64,000 nucleotides of DNA, taken from NCBI RefSeq assembly GCF_009914755.1, contig NC_060929.1, one strand, 5' to 3'. Both the position numbers and the translations under genes were made by a program. The notes beneath the pieces are model-generated. The model was not told the DNA's origin and did not search any database. It worked only from the letters and a program-made list of their open reading frames with translations. This document shows, piece after piece, positions 57,780 through 64,000 of this stretch (position 1 is the stretch's first letter; every line of letters starts with the position of its first letter). The DNA comes from the human T2T-CHM13v2.0 reference genome, Homo sapiens.

Positions 57780-59868
57780 ATTTATTGGCTTGAGAACAAC
57801 CTCTGTCCAATCACTGGATGACAGTAAAACTAGGCAAACACAGGGGCAACCCCTTAAAGGCTAATCTTAAAAATAAAAACAATAATAATTTCAAAAATTG
57901 AGTAGAGATATCAGTGGCCACACACTGCACATGAAGCAGATTTTATAGGTTTGGACCATACAAATTACAAAAAAACATTTAAAAACACAAACAACCAGCA
58001 CCAATAAGAACTCTGGGGGAGAAATCAGAATTCATAACTGGTATCATGTATTATTTTTAAAAATTTTCAACAAAAATATAAGATATAAAAGAATAAGGAG
58101 AGTATAACTCAGAAAAAAGCAGTAGATCACTCCAATTAAAGATGTTAGATTTAGCAAAAGCTTAAAGCAGCTATTATGAATATGTTCAAAGAACTGAAAG
58201 AAATAATGTTTAATGAGTTAAAGGAAAACGTGACAATAATGAATCAGTCAACGGAGAACCTTAATAAGGAGATGGAAATTTTTAAAAAATAGGATTTTTA
58301 AAACAAATTATTTTAAGTAAAAAAACTGAAAGGCAACCTAAGCAATATCATTCAGGACATAGGCATGAGCAAAGATTTATGACAAAGACACCAAAAGCAT
58401 TTGCAACAAAAGTAAAAATTGACAAATGAGATCTAATTAAACTAAAGAGCTTCTGCATGGCAAAAGAAACTATCAACAGAGTACACAGACAATCATCAGA
58501 ATGGAAGAAAAATTTTGCAAACTATGCATCTGACAAAGATCTAATATCCAGCATCTATGAGGAACTTAAACAAATTAACAAGAAGTAAACAAACAACCCT
58601 ATTAAAAAGTGGGCAAAGGACATGAACAGACACTTTTCAAAAGAAGACATACATGTAACCAACAAGCATATGAAAAATAGCTCAACATCACTGATCTTTA
58701 GAGAAATGCAAATCAAAACCACAATAAAATACCATCTCACACCAGTCATAATGATTATTTTTAAAAAGTCAAACTATAACAGATGCTGGTGAGGTTGTGA
58801 AGAAAAAGGACACTTATACGTTGTTAGTGGAAGTGTAAATTAGTTCAACCATTGTGGAAGACAGTGTGGTGATTCCCTAAAGACATAAAGCTAGAAATGC
58901 CGTTCGACTCAGTAATCCCATTATTGGGTATATACCCAAAGGAATATAAATCATTCTATTATAAAGACACATGCATGTGTGTATTCATTGCAGCACTATT
59001 TACAATAGCAAAGACATAGGATCAACACAAATGCCCATCAGTGATAACACTGGATAAAGAAAATGTGGTACATACACACCATGGAGTACTATGCAGCCAT
59101 CAAAAACAATGAGATCATGTCTTTGCCAGGACATGCATGGAGCTGGAGGCCATTATTCTCAGCAAACGAATGCAGTAACAGAAAACCATGTACCATATGT
59201 TCTCACTTGTAAGTGGGAGCTAAATGATGAGAACACATGGACCTATGGAGGAAAACAGCATACACTGGAGCCTATTGGAGGGTGGAGGGTAGGAGGAGGA
59301 AGAGGATCAGGAAAAATAACTGATGGGCACTAGGCTTAATAGCTGAGTGATGGAATAATCTGTACAACAAACCCCCATGACACAAGTTTACTTATGTAAC
59401 AAACCTGCACATGTATGCCTGAACTTAAAGTTAAAAACAAAGAACAAAATAGAAATTCTAAAATTAACAAGTACAATTAATACAATAAAAAATGCAATAG
59501 AAGACCTCAACAGCAGATGGGAGATGGAAAAAATCCATGAAATAGAAAATAGATAAATAGAAATGATGAACACAGAAAATATTTAAGAAATATGAGCAGA
59601 ACCTCAAAGACATGTGGGACCATGTTAAGTGTACCAACATGGGTGTAACTAGAGACTCAGAAGAAGAGAAAAAGAAAGCAATGGAAAATATATTTGAAGA
59701 AATAATGGCCAGAAAATCCCCAAATTTGATGAAAACCGTTAACTACACATTCAAAAAGTTCAACAAACCCAAAGTAGGATAAATATGAAGAAATCTACAC
59801 CTAGGCACATCATACTGTTAAAAGACGAAGGAAAAGAAAAAAGTCTTAAAAGCAGCAAGAGAAAAATA
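57780..59868 (+). mobile_element. Old L1M ORF1 fragment interrupted by a younger L1
   Basis: 'taaagcagctattatgaatatgttcaaagaactgaaag' before the insert; 'tatttgaagaaataatggccagaaaatccccaaatttgatg' and 'cttaaaagcagcaagagaaaa' after it. Confidence 0.75.
58328..59440 (+). mobile_element. 5'-truncated L1PA15/16-like 3' end
   Basis: ORF2 C-terminus plus 3'UTR 'ggatcaggaaaaataact' and 'ctgtacaacaaacccccatgacacaagtttac'. Confidence 0.88.
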
Positions 59869-59870
59869 GG

Positions 59871-60056
59871 TAGATAGTCCCTGACTTACAATAGTTTGAG
59901 GATTTTTCCACTTTGTAGTGGTGCAGAAGTGATATGCATTACTAGAGACTGTACTTCGAGTACAACCATTTTGTTTTTCACTTTCAGTACAGTATTCAAT
60001 AAATTATGTGAGATAGTCAGCACTTTATTATGAAATAGGGTTTGTATTAGATTATT
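59871..60056. mobile_element. MER47A-like (Tigger) fragment
   Basis: 'gtacttcgagtacaaccattttgtttttcactttcagtacagtattcaataaattatgtgaga'. Confidence 0.75.
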
Positions 60057-62167
60057 ACAACCTAGTAGGTGGTGGTCAGGATTCAAACCCAAAACTTCTG
60101 ATTTCAAGTGTTTCAGAATCTACTACGTGAGGGGCCTAAATCCCATAATTCCCACTTACCTGTGAGAGCATTTTAATGTAAAATAAAGTCTTCTAATCTA
60201 AGGGAGGAAAATCATAACATTTGTAGGAGTAAGTTTTAGCTTTAACAAGTTTACCAAGAATGTACAAAATAAAATCTTAACACCAGCCATGGGGGAAGGA
60301 TAGTGTGGGAGAAATGGCAGTGGGAGTGGGAACGATGGTAATTCTTGGTAGATTTTCTGCCCAAATGGGATGAAATATGCGTAAGACACTTTTGTTATTT
60401 TCATTATGTCACAATCATTATAGGATAACTGTTCATGTAATCTATTGTCATGGTACATGGTATTTAATATTTTACCAGTAAATCCTAACAGTATTCTGAT
60501 AACAGAGGTTGTTTTTATTTGACTTTGTAAATATAAGGAATACAGGTAAAATAACTCTGTGGTAAGTAGAACTTAGAGTTGCAGTCTAAGTACATGGCTG
60601 TTGTTCTAATCATGGAAAAAAAATGTTCTGTTGAAATTGCTGCTGCTAAGTCCTTGCTAAAGAGTCTATTCACTATAGAATCAGAGTCAAGTGAATGGAA
60701 TCGATCATTACAGGGCTCGATAGCAAACTCTGCAGGCTACACATTTTGTATCACAGTCTTTTTCTAACTTCCTCCAGTCATGAGCTGTGGGCATGATTTT
60801 CAAGTTATTTGCAACTGGATATTTGACTCTTTAAGGCCAAGAGAAAAAGTATAAAATTTATAGTAATTTTTCTTCCAGTAAAATTAAGTAAGTTACCTGG
60901 TTTATTAGGTAAGAGGTAATTTAGTATGCATATTAAACAGTAGATCATTAGCACTTAATTTTTTAAGGTCTTTCACAATGGGGAGAGTGGACAGATGATT
61001 TTTGCTCCTTGTTTTCAAATGTCCCAAAGGTCATTCTTTATTTCTCTTTAAGCCATCAGGAAACCAGGCACTCCCGACTTGTATGCCCTTTTTCTCCCCG
61101 CGTAGAAGACTGGTTTGACATGTCACAAGTGTTGTACAGGTCATTTGCGTTGCAGAAAGGAACCAGGAAGCCAGTGAAATGTAGCTGCTTTTTAAAAAAA
61201 GGTTGAAAAAATCAATAATAAATTATCTTCCTATATAGCAGTTTAGGTTCTTTGCACGTCCCCTCTGACATGTAGATGTAGTTATAAATTGATTTAGTTG
61301 GGGACCATAAAGAATCTCGCTTGCTCTGGACTGCCTAGTGAATGTGTATTAGTGAAATAAAAATAACCCACCTTGTCAGAGAGCCTTTCTAGAAGCTGCC
61401 GAACCCAGCAAGTTATTTTTATAGTTTAATGAGCTAAGCCCTGGCTTCCACAGGGAGACACAACAAGTGGAGTACTTCATAATTTACTGCTGTAAAGTGA
61501 TCAGGATTCATGTTGTCTATAAAACATGAAAAACATTCTTCATTCCTTACCAATTAGATCATAGTTACAACTCACAGTTCCTTTGAGCTTAAAAGAAAAA
61601 ATTTAACTGCTAGACATAAATGAATGCTGTGGTTAAATTAAACCCTTCAACAGCCCAAACAGGCTTGAAAGAAATGCCTTCTGGATGTTATTAACACGCA
61701 TATTTAAGTGCTATTTTTAAATTTTAACTGCAAGCCATAGCAAGCACAAATGTTTAGAATAGCTATTTTGGCATCGTAGCATTGCTTTCACATTTTTCAT
61801 CTTTCCTAATTCTTTCCAATAATTATTTCACCTTTTATTATTTTTAAAAAAATTTTTTACAGAGATAGGAAACCTGTTTTATGAAAATAATTGTATTTTG
61901 GGAAGCAAAAAGCAATTAATGTCAATGCAGCTTTGGAGTAAAAAGTTCTCTTTTCAATTATCATGTCAACAGAATTGTGTTTCATTTTCCATGAGTATTC
62001 TAACATCTGCAGGAACTGAGTATTTGAACTCAATAACTTTTAAAATGTATAATTTATTTATAATTATCATGATATATTTATTATAGAAAAATGTAAACAT
62101 AACTATAAGGAAGATAATTAAAGCTACCCATACCAACCAAAGTAAAATCTGGGCATAAAACTTTCCA

Positions 62168-62300
62168 GTGTGTGTATGTGTGTGGGTGGGCGGTGGAGAA
62201 AGAGAGAAGGGGAGGGAGAGAAAGAGAGAGAAAGAAGACGAGAGGAGAGGAGAGGAAAGAGAAATAAAGAGGCAAAGAGAGGCAGAAAGAGAGATAAAGA
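62168..62300. repeat. (TG)n-like repeat followed by a GA-rich tract
   Basis: Visible directly in the sequence. Confidence 0.85.
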
Positions 62301-62377
62301 GATTTAGTTTCTTATATTGTCTATATCGCAACAATATATATTTTCTTACAACATTACATCGTTTTTGAACACAAAAA

Positions 62378-62769
62378 TGTATTAGTTTTCTAGGGCTGCC
62401 ATAACAAAATATCACAGACTGGGTGGCTCTTAAATAAGTGAAATTTATTTCTCACAGTCCTGGAGGCTGGAAGTACAAGATCCACTTGTTAGTAGGTTTG
62501 GTTTCTTCTTAGTACTCTCTCCTTGGATTGTAGACTGCCAAATTCTCATTGTGTCCTCAATGACCTTTTTTATCTGTGCATGTACACATGCCCCTGACAT
62601 TTCTTCCTCTTCTTGTAAGTGTGCCAGTTCTATTTGGTTAGGGCCCTATCCTTCTAAGTTCATTTAACCTTTAATACCTCTTTAAAGCCCTTATCACGAC
62701 TTACAGTCATCTTGGGGGGTTAGGGCTTCAACATATGAATTTTGGGGGAACACAATTCAGTCCAGAACA
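62378..62769 (-). mobile_element. MLT1A/B-like solo LTR
   Basis: From 'tgtattagttttctagggctgccataacaaaatatcacagactgggtggc' to 'gggggaacacaattcagtcc'. Confidence 0.88.
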
Positions 62770-62849
62770 CATGACTTTAAAAGTTCACATCATAGTTTAT
62801 CATCTGTGTCTCCTATATTTAAATAATTATGCTGATTTTGAGTAATTAG

Positions 62850-64000
62850 ATTTATTTTTCATTGACAAATAATAATTGTGTATTTTTACATGTGCACACA
62901 TACACAAATATACAAATACACAAATTACACAAATACAATGTGATGTTTATATATAAATATATAATATATATATGTACATGCATTGTGGATTATATCATGA
63001 TAATTAACCTATCTACCATCTCCCATACTTATTATTTTTGTGCTGAGAACATTTAAATCTTCTCTTTTGACAATTTTGAAATATATGATATATTATAATT
63101 AAATATGGTCATCATTCTGTGCAATAGACCTCAAAAACCTATCCCTCCTGTAGAACTAAAACTTTGTAATCTTTGGCCAACATCTCTCAATTCCCTGCCC
63201 TCCCCACCGGCAACTCTGGTAACCATTTTACTCTGTAATTCTGTGAGTTCAACTTTCTAGATTCCACATATAAGTGAGATCGTGCGGTATTTGTCTTTCT
63301 ATGCCAGACTTACTTTACTTAACATAATAACCTCCAGGTTCATCCATTTTATTGCAAATGTAGAGATTTCCTCTTTTTAAAAGCTGAATAGTCTTTCATT
63401 GTGTGTATATGTATGCCACATTTTCTCTATCCATTCATCCGTTGATGAACACTCAGGTTGATTCCATATCTTGGCTATTGTGAATAATGCTGCAATGAAC
63501 ATAGGAAGGCAGCTATCTCTTCAACATACAAATTTTATTTTCTTTGGCTATATACTTAGAAGTAGGATTGCTGTATCATATGGTATTTCTATTTTAAATT
63601 TTTTAAGGAACCTCCATGATATGGTTTGGCTCTGTGTCCCCACCCATTTCTCATCTTGAATTGTACTCCCATAATTCCCATGTGTTGTAGGAGGGACCCT
63701 GTGGGAGATAATTGATTCATGGGGGTGGTTTCCTCAGTTCACGTGGAAGTGAATAAGTCTCATGAGATCTGATGGTTTTATCAGAGGTTTCTGCTTTTGT
63801 GTTTTCCTCATTGTCTCTTTGCCTGCTGCCATCCCTGTAAGATGGGAATTGCTTTTCCTTGCCTTTGGCCGTGATTGTGAGGGTTCCCCAGCCACGTGGA
63901 ACTGTAAGTCCAATTAAGCCTCTTTCTTTTGTACATTGCCCAGTCTCAGGTGTGTCTTTACCAGCAGTGTGAAAGTGGACGAATACACTCCATATTGTTT
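62850..64000 (-). mobile_element. L1MA-type 3' end running off the window
   Basis: 'attccacatataagtgagatc', 'tccattcatccgttgatgaacactcaggttgattccatatcttggctattgtgaataatgctgc'. Confidence 0.88.
63617..63987 (+). mobile_element. THE1 (THE1A-like) solo LTR nested in the L1MA
   Basis: TGATATGGTTTGGCTCTGTGTCCCCACCC through GAATACA; perfect 5-bp TSD CTCCA at 63612-63616 and 63988-63992. Confidence 0.93.

Overview
This is AT-rich primate genomic DNA, almost certainly human, because it carries the human-lineage subfamilies AluYa5 and AluYb8. It looks intergenic or deep-intronic. I recognise no protein-coding exon, processed pseudogene, structural RNA gene or CpG island, and I cannot name the locus. 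A large share of the window is interspersed repeat: 11 Alus, a decayed ~4.6 kb L1MA spanning ORF2 and the 3'UTR, several other L1 fragments, solo ERV1/MaLR LTRs, hAT and Tigger DNA-transposon relics, and MIR/L2 remnants, often nested. Repeat subfamily names come from recalled consensus motifs and need RepeatMasker/Dfam confirmation. The non-repeat signals most worth following up are: a 175-bp multi-stem palindromic element (13987-14161); an unusually long ORF inside an enhancer-like region (20074-20844, minus strand); an 85-nt GT-AG intron followed by an AATAAA terminal exon (27505-27715); a 42-bp dispersed duplication (45825 and 49110); and several transcription-factor motif clusters, including RORE plus D-box near 54.5 kb. 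The sequence alone does not support a new biological system; these are testable leads.
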